Shown piece by piece: positions 36,073-45,472 of a DNA stretch of 64,000 nt. The notes beneath the pieces were generated by a model. That model was not told the origin of the DNA and ran no database searches. It saw only the letters and a list, made by a program, of their open reading frames with translations. The position numbers were made by a program, and so were the translations under genes. Origin of the DNA: Candidatus Blackallbacteria bacterium (GTDB lineage: Bacteria > Cyanobacteriota > Sericytochromatia > UBA7694). The DNA lies in the NCBI GenBank assembly GCA_051715345.1, contig JBPXJQ010000003.1, positions 1,261-65,260 on the forward strand, read 5' to 3'. Position 1 is the stretch's first letter. Each line of letters opens with the position of its first letter.

Positions 36073-37437
36073 ATGAATCTGCACATTCCCAGTTCATTAC
36101 AAACACTTTTCCCGCCCCAGCTGCCGGGGCCAGTCGCCCTGCGCACAATTGCCACCCCCGCTGCCCCAGCGGAGATCCGCGATCAACTGCGTTTCAATCC
36201 CCAAGTCCGCTTGCAGGGCCCTGTCCCCAGTGACTCAATTTTTGCCAGCCAAGAAAGCTGGTTGCAAGAAATACAAAAAATCAAACAGGTGGCTCCCAGT
36301 CTGGCTGAATTGCCGGATTTTGCTGTGACCCCTTTGCGCATTGGTGTGGGCATTGGCCTGCAAAATGCCAGCTTTTCCTTTGAAAAAGGCCAACTCCAGG
36401 TCGACACCCCACAAGGCACAGTGTCTTTGGGTGAATTTGAAAATGCCCGCTTTCAGATCAGAGCACTGCCGGGTGGCTTTCAGATTCAAACCTCTGAAGG
36501 CAAAGATTTGGGCAGCTTTGAAGGGGTCTTGCGTTTGGAGAGCAGCGCAGGCCCGGTTTCACTCAATGGCTCCCGCTACCGGGGCAGCTTGGAAATTCGC
36601 CCCCATCCCGAAAATCCCAGCCGCTTTAATTTGATCAATACGGTCATGCTCGAAGACTATCTGCTCAGCGTGGTGCCCTCTGAGAGCCCTGCCTCGTGGC
36701 CGATTGAAAGCCTCAAAGCTCAGGCCATGGCCGCTCGAACCTATGCTGTCGCCAATTGGCGCAAACGTGAAGCCCTGGGCTTTGATATGAATGCCGACAC
36801 CTCCGATCAGATGTATACCGGTATCCAGGGCGAACAACCGGCATCCAGCGAAGCTGTCAAAGCCACCCAGAACCAAATTATTGCCTTCCAAGGCAAACCC
36901 ATCACAGCTCTGTTTTTCTCAAGCTCAGGTGGTTATACCGACTCCTCTTTGGAAGTTTGGGGTGTGGATCTGCCGTATATCCAACCGGTGAAAGACTTTG
37001 ACCAAGCAGCTCCCCGCTACCGCTGGGACAAAACCATGACCCCCAACCAAGTACAGGCCGCCTTGACCAAATTGGGCCTGAATGTGGGCACTTTGCGCAA
37101 AATAGAAGCCTTGCAAACCACCCCCCAAGGCCGGGTCAAGCAGATCCGCTTCAGTGGCAGCACGGGCAGTGTCGACGTCGATGCCAATAAATTCCGCTTT
37201 GCCGCCGGTCTCTCCAGCACCCGCTGGACAGTGGCTGCCGAGGGCCAACCCCCCCGCAGTTTTCGCTTTGACGGCGGTGGCTGGGGCCACGGCCTGGGCA
37301 TGTCGCAGTGGGGCGCCCGCCAAATGGCCGCAGACGGCAAAAATGCCGCTGAGATTATCCACCACTATTACACAGGCGTTGAGATTCAATCCCTCAAAGT
37401 CGAAGAAACAGTCGAAGAAACAGCTTCAGGGATTTAA
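36073..37437 (+). CDS. SpoIID/LytB-domain protein (peptidoglycan remodelling)
   Basis: LEDYLLSVVPSESPASWPIESLKAQAMAARTYA, FFSSSGGYTDS and GHGLGMSQWGARQMA. Start uncertain: ATG 36073 has no clear RBS or signal peptide, and TTG 36043 lies inside the terminator hairpin. Confidence 0.8.
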   Translation: MNLHIPSSLQTLFPPQLPGPVALRTIATPAAPAEIRDQLRFNPQVRLQGPVPSDSIFASQESWLQEIQKIKQVAPSLAELPDFAVTPLRIGVGIGLQNASFSFEKGQLQVDTPQGTVSLGEFENARFQIRALPGGFQIQTSEGKDLGSFEGVLRLESSAGPVSLNGSRYRGSLEIRPHPENPSRFNLINTVMLEDYLLSVVPSESPASWPIESLKAQAMAARTYAVANWRKREALGFDMNADTSDQMYTGIQGEQPASSEAVKATQNQIIAFQGKPITALFFSSSGGYTDSSLEVWGVDLPYIQPVKDFDQAAPRYRWDKTMTPNQVQAALTKLGLNVGTLRKIEALQTTPQGRVKQIRFSGSTGSVDVDANKFRFAAGLSSTRWTVAAEGQPPRSFRFDGGGWGHGLGMSQWGARQMAADGKNAAEIIHHYYTGVEIQSLKVEETVEETASGI

Positions 37438-37923
37438 CTTCGCACCTTCGGCAATCCAACGTCCGATCAGGGCTCTTTCGGCTTCGGGCAAGCCCCCGGG
37501 AGGCATACTCTTTTGTTCGACGACACGGGCTTGAATGCGCGGAACCGCCTGCAGAATTTGCTCAGAGCTGCGCAAACTGACTCCGCCATTAAAACCATGA
37601 CAGGTTGAGCAGCGCAGATCAATGATCTGGCTAATGGTTTGAAAGGCCACAGGGCTGGGTGTTGCTTGGGGGGGCGTCTGGGGCGTTGCTGGGGGCGCCA
37701 CAGATGGAGAGATCGTGGGCTGTGCACTGGGACTGACAGCAGGAGCCACAGGGGTTGGCTGAGAGGTGATTTGAGCAGAGGGCTGTGTAGAAGGCTGCAA
37801 AACGGGAGCGGTGGAGGCCCCCACCGCTGGACTGGGTGTTGTCGCACATCCCACCAAACAGGCTCCGGTTCCAATCCAAGCAACCAAAAGTGCTGATCGC
37901 AAAAGAAATGGCAAGACAGTCAT
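37426..37923 (-). CDS. Lipoprotein c-type cytochrome
   Basis: ATG 37923 gives MTVLPFLLRSALLVAWIGTGACLVGC (lipobox). Ser/Pro/Thr-rich linker. Haem-binding CSTCH with a distal Met (KSMPPGG). Confidence 0.75.
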   Translation of the reverse strand: MTVLPFLLRSALLVAWIGTGACLVGCATTPSPAVGASTAPVLQPSTQPSAQITSQPTPVAPAVSPSAQPTISPSVAPPATPQTPPQATPSPVAFQTISQIIDLRCSTCHGFNGGVSLRSSEQILQAVPRIQARVVEQKSMPPGGLPEAERALIGRWIAEGAKLNP

Positions 37924-38041
37924 TATTTTATACCTCAATATATGCAAAGATTCACAGTGCTGGCAGATTGCTGCTTTCAGAATCTACCATGGCCAGCTCC
38001 AAGTCCCAAGCAAAAACGCTCAATTCTGCTAAACTGTCGGC

Positions 38042-39319
38042 ATGAGTACCAAAATCGCCCTGCTGGGTTTTTCGAATGTGGCCTATCGCACCGCTTTGCG
38101 CTTGCTTGAAACAGACGCAGAAGTGCTGTTTTTTGCGCACGAGCAGGACCATTACCAACTCACGTCTCTGCCCAGCAAGGTTATGCGTCATCTCTTGCCC
38201 TATTTACACCCCCAAAACCTGCCGGACGCGCTGCTAAGCTGTGACGCCGTGATCATTGCCAGCGAAGACGAACAGTTTAATTTACATGCCACCTTGCAAT
38301 TGCACTCACTCAGCCCAGAGATGCGGATTGTCACCCGCTGTTTTAATCTCGATTTGGGCCGCGAGATCGAAGAACGTCTGCCCCATGTGCGCGTCTTGAG
38401 TGTCTCCGATCGGGCCGCGCCTTTTTTTGCCGCCACCGCCTTCAGCGATGGCGTTCTCTCAGCCTGGAAAGACGAAAAGGGTCTGATGGCACGCCTGCAA
38501 ATGGGCTCTGAGACCTCCATCACGGCCTTACAGGCCAGCGACTTTCACAGGGATCAGCCCACACCCGAAAGGCAACGCCGTTCCCGACTCAAAGCCAAAG
38601 CCAAACCAGACCCGCTACTCTTGGCGGTTTTGTTGGGACTTTTGTCGGTGATTGCCCTCGGCAGTGCCTTTTTCTGGTTGCGCCATGGCCTGCCGCTGGG
38701 TGATGCCCTCTATTTTGTTGTCACCACCCTGACCACCACAGGTTATGGCGACTACAGTTTAAAAGACTTCCCCTTTGGCAGTAAATTGGTGGGAATGGGG
38801 CTGATGTTAAGCGGAGCCAGCCTTTTTGCGATTCTGTTTGCTTTGCTGACCGACAAACTCTTTCAGCTGCGCCTGGAGTCGCTGCTCGGGCAAGGTAGGG
38901 TCAACTTATCCGGGCATATTATCGTCTGTGGCGCGGGGGATGTGGGCCTGCGGGTGATCGAAAACCTGCTCTGCACAGGAGCAGAAGTGGTTGTACTCGA
39001 AAAAAATCCCGAAGGGCGTTTTAATCAACACCTGCGCGCAGCGGGGCTGCCGCTTTTAATTGGCGATGCCCGCCTGCCAGAAACCCTGGAACGGGCAGGC
39101 ATTGCCAGAGCCCAAACGATTCTCTGCGCGAGCACCGCAGACATGGACAATCTCGAAATGGCCCTCAATGCCCGGCAGCTCAACCCACATATTCGCATTG
39201 TGGTGAGGGTCTATGACCGGGATTTTGCCGAACAAATGCGCAGTTACTTTGGCCTGGATGTGGCTTTGAGTTCATCAGCGATTGCCGCCCAGGCCTTTGC
39301 CGATGCGGCCCTGAATTAA
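38042..39319 (+). CDS. Potassium channel with flanking RCK/TrkA-N-like domains
   Basis: Selectivity filter TTTGYGD between two TM helices. C-terminal Rossmann-like IIVCGAGDVGLRV. N-terminal segment of about 150 aa that is also RCK-like. Confidence 0.8.
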   Translation: MSTKIALLGFSNVAYRTALRLLETDAEVLFFAHEQDHYQLTSLPSKVMRHLLPYLHPQNLPDALLSCDAVIIASEDEQFNLHATLQLHSLSPEMRIVTRCFNLDLGREIEERLPHVRVLSVSDRAAPFFAATAFSDGVLSAWKDEKGLMARLQMGSETSITALQASDFHRDQPTPERQRRSRLKAKAKPDPLLLAVLLGLLSVIALGSAFFWLRHGLPLGDALYFVVTTLTTTGYGDYSLKDFPFGSKLVGMGLMLSGASLFAILFALLTDKLFQLRLESLLGQGRVNLSGHIIVCGAGDVGLRVIENLLCTGAEVVVLEKNPEGRFNQHLRAAGLPLLIGDARLPETLERAGIARAQTILCASTADMDNLEMALNARQLNPHIRIVVRVYDRDFAEQMRSYFGLDVALSSSAIAAQAFADAALN

Positions 39320-40461
39320 GGAGCTTTGAGTTGGCCCCCGGCCTGAAGCAAAAGCGCTTTAAACTCAGGGTAAGGCAAAATTCCCGCCTGTTTTTTGCCA
39401 TTGATAAAATACGCCGGGGTGCTGTTTACCCCGAGAAAGAGTCCCTCTTGAATCTCGTTTAAAACAGACGTTTGTACTGCTTGACCGGCCATACAGCTCT
39501 GGATTTGCGCGGGCTGCAACTTCAACTCATGGCTGAGTCTGTCCCAGGTTTCTGAAGACAGCCCTTCATGCCCCTGATGCAGGGCTTCAGCCGCCTGCCA
39601 AAATTTGCCCTGCAGACCCGCACATTTGGCAAAATAAGCCGCTTGGCAGGCAAAGGGATGCATTTGGCGTTCACCCAAAAGACGGTTGCATTGGCGATCG
39701 AGGGGAAACTCCTTGCGAATCAAGCGCAGATTGGTAAATTCCTGCAGGGCCTGTTGCAAGGTCGGCTCAAATTGAGCGCAATAAGGGCATTGGTAATCAG
39801 AAAAGACCTCCAGCACAACGCCCGCGTTCTCTGCTTCGGCCCCAACACTGGCTTGCCAGTTTTGGAGGTCAAAATACCCTGGGGGATAAGCCAATAATGC
39901 CTGCGGGGTGGCGCGTTGTGCAGGTGCCAGCGGGTGAAAAACCAGATAAGCAGGCATCAAAATACCCAAACTGAGCAATGAATAAGCCAAAACGGGCAGA
40001 GGCAAAAGTCCCAGATTTTCAAACAGGTGCACAGCAGGGGGGCGAAGCGTCAAAAACAGCAATCCGGCTGTGGCCCCCCAATTGATCAGATAGGTAAACA
40101 GACAATAGAGACAGATCAGCTGCAATTCCTGTTTGGTGATCCAGAAATAATACAGGCTCACGCCCGAAAACAGCCCATAGATTAACAAGAGAGGCAGACG
40201 CAGGTCTTTGGCACGGTTAAAAAACAAATAGGCCAAAACCAAGGCGTAACCCAAAAGCCCCCAAGCAGCAACGGGAATCCCAAGCAAAAAGGCATAAGAA
40301 CTGCGGGCCACGGCACTGCAATCAAAGGTGGCATTGAGGTTGCACTCAGCCACACCTGTGCCTGTCAAAACAGTGTAGTCGAGCATGATCAAGCGCAGCG
40401 AAAGCAGCAGGCCCAAGCCACTCAGGCCAAAGAAAATCCAGAAGAAAAAGCGTTTGTTCAT
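39316..40461 (-). CDS. Vitamin K epoxide reductase (VKOR) fused to a DsbA/thioredoxin-like domain
   Basis: Polytopic N-terminal half with loop cysteines (CNLNATFDC) and CxxC (CLYC). C-terminal thioredoxin-fold domain with CPYC. Confidence 0.8.
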   Translation of the reverse strand: MNKRFFFWIFFGLSGLGLLLSLRLIMLDYTVLTGTGVAECNLNATFDCSAVARSSYAFLLGIPVAAWGLLGYALVLAYLFFNRAKDLRLPLLLIYGLFSGVSLYYFWITKQELQLICLYCLFTYLINWGATAGLLFLTLRPPAVHLFENLGLLPLPVLAYSLLSLGILMPAYLVFHPLAPAQRATPQALLAYPPGYFDLQNWQASVGAEAENAGVVLEVFSDYQCPYCAQFEPTLQQALQEFTNLRLIRKEFPLDRQCNRLLGERQMHPFACQAAYFAKCAGLQGKFWQAAEALHQGHEGLSSETWDRLSHELKLQPAQIQSCMAGQAVQTSVLNEIQEGLFLGVNSTPAYFINGKKQAGILPYPEFKALLLQAGGQLKAP

Positions 40462-40529
40462 GAATAAAACCGATCAAGCCAAAGCTGTCTATTTCCCTAT
40501 CAGGATAACATGGGGGTAAAATAACCTGC

Positions 40530-41102
40530 ATGGGACTTATTACAAATCGGCTCGGCCTGCTGCTCTGGTCCGCACTGTTACTCGCCATCTTGCCCGCGCT
40601 CCCGGCCCTGGCCGAAGGGGTGTCAGCGCCACCTGCCCTCTTTTTGCAGGCCCAGGGCAAGTTTCTGCTGATTATACATGCCCTGATGGCCGTGCTGCTG
40701 CTGGGGTCACTCACCCACAATGTGCTGATCAGCGTGAATTATCTGCGTGGCAAATTCGCAAAAATCCGCTTGGAGAAACTCTATGTCAAAGTTGGGTTTG
40801 TGGCCTATTTGCTGACCTTTGGCCTGGGTGCCCTGATTTATCCCAATTACCGCTACCATGTACGGGAACTCTATTTCGATCTCAAAATGCCCTGGGCCAG
40901 CAACCTCTTTGATATCAAAGAGCACTGGGCTGGCATTGGCTTGGCCCTGTTTGTGGCCTTTTTTCTGCTCAGCCGAACAATTGATCCCCGCACTGATCGG
41001 CGCATGCTCCTTTTTTATGTCTTTTTATCAGCCACCTTGGCAGGCATTGTCTGGTTTGGCGTGATTGCCGGCCTGCTCCTCGTGAGTTACCGGAGCATTT
41101 AA
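40530..41102 (+). CDS. Integral membrane protein, unknown function
   Basis: 190 aa, with a signal-like N-terminus and four hydrophobic helices. Divergent from the VKOR gene. Confidence 0.6.
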   Translation: MGLITNRLGLLLWSALLLAILPALPALAEGVSAPPALFLQAQGKFLLIIHALMAVLLLGSLTHNVLISVNYLRGKFAKIRLEKLYVKVGFVAYLLTFGLGALIYPNYRYHVRELYFDLKMPWASNLFDIKEHWAGIGLALFVAFFLLSRTIDPRTDRRMLLFYVFLSATLAGIVWFGVIAGLLLVSYRSI

Positions 41103-41103
41103 C

Positions 41104-41463
41104 ATGGGCAAAAATATGGGCAAAGAAAAAATCTATTTGCTGCTGCTGCTCTCCGTATTGGCCTTTACAGGCAGTTATTTTCTGAGTGAAATTTTCCCCT
41201 TCCCACTCTGGTGGTATTATCCCCTCGATCAACATTGGGAATTTGGGATTGTCACCAGCAAAGGACTGCGCATGGGCTGGTATGGAAAAGTGCTGCTAAG
41301 TGTTTTCTGCAGCTTGGCTGTGGCCCTGCTCAGCGGCCTGGGGCTGAAGTTCATGCCTGGCGAGCCCCCTGAAGCACTGGCGGATTTTTTGACGCTGGCG
41401 GGCATGGGCATGACCCTGTTTCTGCTCTATTATATCGTCCGCATGCTGTCGGGCGGCGCCTAA
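41104..41463 (+). CDS. Small integral membrane protein, unknown function
   Basis: 119 aa, three or four TM helices, starts 1 nt after the preceding stop. Confidence 0.55.
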   Translation: MGKNMGKEKIYLLLLLSVLAFTGSYFLSEIFPFPLWWYYPLDQHWEFGIVTSKGLRMGWYGKVLLSVFCSLAVALLSGLGLKFMPGEPPEALADFLTLAGMGMTLFLLYYIVRMLSGGA

Positions 41464-41472
41464 GAAAACGGC

Positions 41473-41501
41473 TTGACAGCCCTCCAGGCCTGTAATACAC
41501 T
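41473..41501 (+). promoter_or_regulatory. Candidate sigma-70 promoter upstream of tRNA-Lys/rho
   Basis: Perfect -35 TTGACA (41473-41478), 17-nt spacer, -10 TACACT (41496-41501; 4/6 match). Confidence 0.25.
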
Positions 41502-41697
41502 AGGTGTAACTGCTGAGAGTTTTGATGATTCTTGGCCAGTATGTGCGCAAAATGTTTCTGGGCCATGCTTGTACGATATACAAACGATGTATAGATAACT
41601 TACAGACAATGACAGACTACGACTTGCTTGCACAGGTATTTTTGAGCATCTGTTCCCTCAATCAAGAGCCCAGTGCTCCCTTTTACAACTAAATCGT

Positions 41698-41770
<73 letters not shown>

Positions 41771-41861
41771 CTTTTTTTAGTAATCGTTTCTCAGCATCTG
41801 TATTCCAGATTTCAATTCAAATAGCCGGTCAAACCGGTCCTTCACGGAGTTATCCAAGCCC

Positions 41862-43253
41862 ATGACATTTACGGTTCCCAAGAAAGATATGCGTCGGAAC
41901 AACAACAATAACAACAATCGGCCCTTCAAGAAGCGCCACCCACAACAGCATCACCAACACCATTCTCGGCCGCAAATGCCGCAAGAAGCATATCAGGAAC
42001 CCGATCTCACTCTGCTGATGGAAAAAACCCTCAAAGACCTGATGGATATTGCCAAAGAGGTCGACATTCATCAGCCCTCCAAACTGCGCAAACACGATCT
42101 GGCCCTGCGCATTTTTCAGGCCGAAGAAGCCAAAGCCAATACCCGCAAAGGCATCCTCGAAATCATGCCCGAAGGCTACGGGTTTTTGCGTGTCAATGGC
42201 TATTTCCCCAGCTCCGACGATGTGTATATCTCCCAGGCCCAAATCAAACGCTTTAAACTGCAGACCGGCCACACGCTTGTGGGCCAGATTCGTCCCGCCA
42301 AAGAGGGCGAAAAATATGCCAGCATGGTCAAAATCGACTCTGCCAATGGCCTCGAACCCGAAAAAATCCAGTATTTGAAGCCCTTCGACAGCTTAATTCC
42401 AATCTATCCCGAAGGCCATATCAACCTCGAAACCCCGCGCCACGACCTCTCGATGCGCATTATGGATATTTTCTCCCCGATTGGCAAAGGCCAACGCGGC
42501 CTGATTGTCTCTCCCCCCAAAGCGGGCAAAACCACCCTGCTCAAAGGCATTGCCCATGCCATCGCCGAAAATCACCCCGAAATCGTCTTGATCGCCCTGC
42601 TGATTGATGAACGCCCCGAAGAAGTCACCGACTTTGAGCGCTCGGTCAAAGGCGAAGTCGTGGCCTCGACCTTCGACCGCCTGCCCGAACACCACACCCG
42701 TATCACCGAATTGGTGCTCGAAAAAGCCAAACGCCTGGTCGAAGTGGGCCGCGACGTGGTCATTCTGGTGGATTCAATCACGCGCATGAGCCGCGCGTAT
42801 AACCTGATCATCCCCCCCAGTGGCCGTACGCTGTCGGGCGGTTTGGATCCCAATGCCATGCACTCCCCCAAGCGCTTCTTTGGCGCGGCCCGCAATATGG
42901 AACACGGCGGCAGCCTGACCATTCTGGCCACAGCCCTGGTAGATACCGGCAGCCGCATGGACGAGGTGATCTTCGAAGAGTTTAAAGGCACCGGCAATAT
43001 GGAATTGCGCCTGGATCGCAAATTGGCCGAACGCCGCCTCTTTCCTGCCATCGACATCAAACTCTCGGGCACCCGCAAAGAAGAACTCCTGCTCGGCACG
43101 GATGTGCTGCGCAAAGAACACCTGCTGCGCCGCATGCTCTCCAATGCCGACACCGTCGAAGCCACCGAGTTTATTCTGGAGCGCTTCAAAAAGAGCAAAA
43201 CCAACGACGAGTTCTTGCAGACGATTGTCGATGACAATATGTCGGTGCTTTAG
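41862..43253 (+). CDS. rho: Transcription termination factor Rho with a basic Asn/His/Gln-rich N-terminal extension
   Basis: GYGFLR RNA-binding motif, Walker A PPKAGKTTLL, LIDERPEEV, VILVDSITRMSRAYN, and a typical C-terminus. The N-terminal extension of about 45 aa includes N7 (41898-41918). Confidence 0.95.
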   Translation: MTFTVPKKDMRRNNNNNNNRPFKKRHPQQHHQHHSRPQMPQEAYQEPDLTLLMEKTLKDLMDIAKEVDIHQPSKLRKHDLALRIFQAEEAKANTRKGILEIMPEGYGFLRVNGYFPSSDDVYISQAQIKRFKLQTGHTLVGQIRPAKEGEKYASMVKIDSANGLEPEKIQYLKPFDSLIPIYPEGHINLETPRHDLSMRIMDIFSPIGKGQRGLIVSPPKAGKTTLLKGIAHAIAENHPEIVLIALLIDERPEEVTDFERSVKGEVVASTFDRLPEHHTRITELVLEKAKRLVEVGRDVVILVDSITRMSRAYNLIIPPSGRTLSGGLDPNAMHSPKRFFGAARNMEHGGSLTILATALVDTGSRMDEVIFEEFKGTGNMELRLDRKLAERRLFPAIDIKLSGTRKEELLLGTDVLRKEHLLRRMLSNADTVEATEFILERFKKSKTNDEFLQTIVDDNMSVL

Positions 43254-43256
43254 GGC

Positions 43257-43280
43257 TCCCTTCGACTCCGCTCAGGGAGC
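43257..43280. repeat. Copy 1 of a 24-nt dispersed hairpin repeat (TCCCTTCGACTCCGCTCAGGGAGC)
   Basis: Identical 24-mer at 60687-60710. Here the stem is extended to GGCTCCC/GGGAGCC (43255-43281). It starts 2 nt after the rho stop and ends 9 nt before ATG 43290. Confidence 0.85.
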
Positions 43281-43289
43281 CGAGTCAGT

Positions 43290-43736
43290 ATGGATACGAA
43301 AATAACAGACAATAGCTATCGTTTTGGTGTGCTTTCATGGCTGGCTTTTGACACGGGATATCTCTATCTAACACTCTTTTATCAGAGCTTTTGGGTTGGT
43401 TTAGCCACCGATCATTGGCATTATTATGCTGCGGCAATTCTGGCGGTCTTGATGGTACTGGCCTGTTGGGCTTTTTTGCCGCGAGCAAAACCATATAAAT
43501 GGGCCATTTGGCCTATTCTGCTGTTAGCAGGGCTCTTTCCCCTGGGAATTCTGACGGTCCTTATAGGACAGCCACCTTTGGGCAATGAACTTTATCCTTT
43601 GGGGTGGGAAGGAAACATTGCTCTTGTCATCATCTTCGCCGCTTATGCTGGGCAACTGGCACTGCTGGTGCAGTGCCTTTCGCCCCAGGACAGGAAAACA
43701 AGAAACCAAAATTCTGGCCTATATGAAGATTCCTGA
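43290..43736 (+). CDS. Integral membrane protein, unknown function (lower-GC gene)
   Basis: 148 aa with four hydrophobic helices. Hand counts of lines 43321, 43381 and 43441 give 25, 27 and 29 G+C per 60 nt, below the surrounding genes. Confidence 0.55.
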   Translation: MDTKITDNSYRFGVLSWLAFDTGYLYLTLFYQSFWVGLATDHWHYYAAAILAVLMVLACWAFLPRAKPYKWAIWPILLLAGLFPLGILTVLIGQPPLGNELYPLGWEGNIALVIIFAAYAGQLALLVQCLSPQDRKTRNQNSGLYEDS

Positions 43737-43929
43737 ACTCAGCCAAGCTATCATGGGCAATTACATTGGCCCTTAGCTTTTTTAACATCACATTTCTATA
43801 GAGTTGTGAGTGACCCCATAGCGCTTTTAAAGCTCAGCCAGTTGCTTTTCGGCGTTTGGATAGTTCCGCAGCAGCGCCTTCAGCTGTAGCGCCTGTGGTA
43901 CAGTGAGCAAAAACCATCCCAAAATACAT

Positions 43930-45387
43930 ATGAAAAAAAACGAAACCCTTGAACTGAATATCTCTGAGCTCGGCCCCGCAGGCCAGGGCCTGGCCCACCA
44001 TGGCGATTGGCAGGTGCTTGTGCCTTATGCTTTGCCCGGCCAAAAAGTGACAGCGCGCATTCTCAAGCGCCGCCAGAAAAAGGCCGAAGGCCGCATTCAG
44101 AGTGTGATTGAGCCCCGGCCCGATCAGATTCAGGCCGCCTGCAAACACTTCGGCCAACCCCCCAATGAAAACAGCGAGGGCCTGAGCGATGGAATCAGCA
44201 ATGGCTGCGGCGGCTGCGCTTGGCAACAGGCGGATTATGGCTTGCAATTGCAGTGGAAGCACCAAATTGTCAGCGGTCTGCTGCGCCCTTTGCTGGGTGA
44301 GAGCATTGAAATTCCCGCCGTGCTGCCCAGCCCCCGCCCCTTTGGCTACCGCAATAAATTTGAATTGAGTTTTGGCGACAAAATCTATCTGTCTGACGAA
44401 CGCTACCTGGCCCTGCGCCAAGCCAAAGAACCCATGCCACGCGGCGATTATCTCGGCTTTCATGTGCCCGGCTCGTTTGGCACCTTGGTCGATGTGCACA
44501 GGTGTGAACTCATGCCTGCAGGGCTACAAGCACTCTACAAAATTGTGCGCCAGGTCTGGCCCAAACTCGGCGGCGAAGTCTACAGCCCCCGCTTTCATAC
44601 AGGCTATTGGCGGCATCTCGTCTTGCGCCAGGGCATGCGTACAGGTGAGCTGATGTTACACCTCAACACCGCGGATGGCCACAGCCCCGATTGGCAGATT
44701 CTGCTTGATGCATTGAAAGACTTTGACTTGCCCGATCATCATATTCGCAGTGTCTTGCACAGCGAACACACAGGCGACGCCCAGATCGTCGGCCACCAGC
44801 CCCCGACCCTGCTGCAGGGCGAAGCCCGCATCAGCGACCGCCTCTGCGGCCTGAACTTTGACATCTCGCCCTACGCCTTTTTTCAGACCAATACCGAAGC
44901 CGCTGAAATTCTCTACCAGCAAGTCCAGCGTTTTGCCTCCCAATGCCAAGCAAAAACCATCTACGATCTCTACAGTGGCACCGGCACGATTGGCATGGTC
45001 TTGGCTGGCCAAGCCGAACGGGTCTTTGGCATCGAAGAAATTGCCAGCGCCGTCAGCGATGCCCGCGCCAACGCCGAGCGCAATGGCATTCACAATTGCA
45101 GCTTTGAAGCAGGCAAAGTCGAAGCCCTCTTGCCCGAGCTGGTGGCACAACACCCGGCTGATCTGGTGATTATCGACCCGCCACGGGCCGGGCTGCACCC
45201 CAAGGCCCTCAAAACCCTGCTCGACCTCCAAGCACCGGCCCTGATCTATGTCTCCTGTAATCCTTCAGCCTTGGCCCGCGATCTCGAAGCCCTGCTCGAG
45301 CGTTACAGTGTGGAAGCAATTCAACCAGTGGATCTCTTCCCCCAGACCGGCCACGTGGAAACAGTTGTGGCGCTTAAGCTAAAATAG
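43930..45387 (+). CDS. rlmD: 23S rRNA (uracil-C5)-methyltransferase, RlmD/RumA family
   Basis: N-terminal TRAM-like domain (LELNISELGPAGQGLAHHGDWQVLVPYALPGQKV). Cys cluster (CGGCAWQ). SAM motif DLYSGTGTIG. DPPRAG and the catalytic YVSCNP. ATG 43930 is preferred over GTG 43903. Confidence 0.8.
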   Translation: MKKNETLELNISELGPAGQGLAHHGDWQVLVPYALPGQKVTARILKRRQKKAEGRIQSVIEPRPDQIQAACKHFGQPPNENSEGLSDGISNGCGGCAWQQADYGLQLQWKHQIVSGLLRPLLGESIEIPAVLPSPRPFGYRNKFELSFGDKIYLSDERYLALRQAKEPMPRGDYLGFHVPGSFGTLVDVHRCELMPAGLQALYKIVRQVWPKLGGEVYSPRFHTGYWRHLVLRQGMRTGELMLHLNTADGHSPDWQILLDALKDFDLPDHHIRSVLHSEHTGDAQIVGHQPPTLLQGEARISDRLCGLNFDISPYAFFQTNTEAAEILYQQVQRFASQCQAKTIYDLYSGTGTIGMVLAGQAERVFGIEEIASAVSDARANAERNGIHNCSFEAGKVEALLPELVAQHPADLVIIDPPRAGLHPKALKTLLDLQAPALIYVSCNPSALARDLEALLERYSVEAIQPVDLFPQTGHVETVVALKLK

Positions 45388-45472
45388 CTTGGCGAACAAG
45401 CCCAAGCCCAAAATCAGCTATAATACCCCTAAGTGCCAATTTTTTGCTGGCCACGCTGCCAAGGGGAATTCC

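Noticed and set aside
33714-36155. 813-aa ORF on the minus strand, the longest uninterrupted antisense frame in the window
   Set aside because: It is exactly antisense to the 751-aa repeat protein, which has an RBS, a recognisable PG-binding segment and eight coherent repeats. The antisense translation is Gly/Arg/Cys/Leu-rich low complexity without motifs. The open frame is explained by the biased codon composition of the sense gene.
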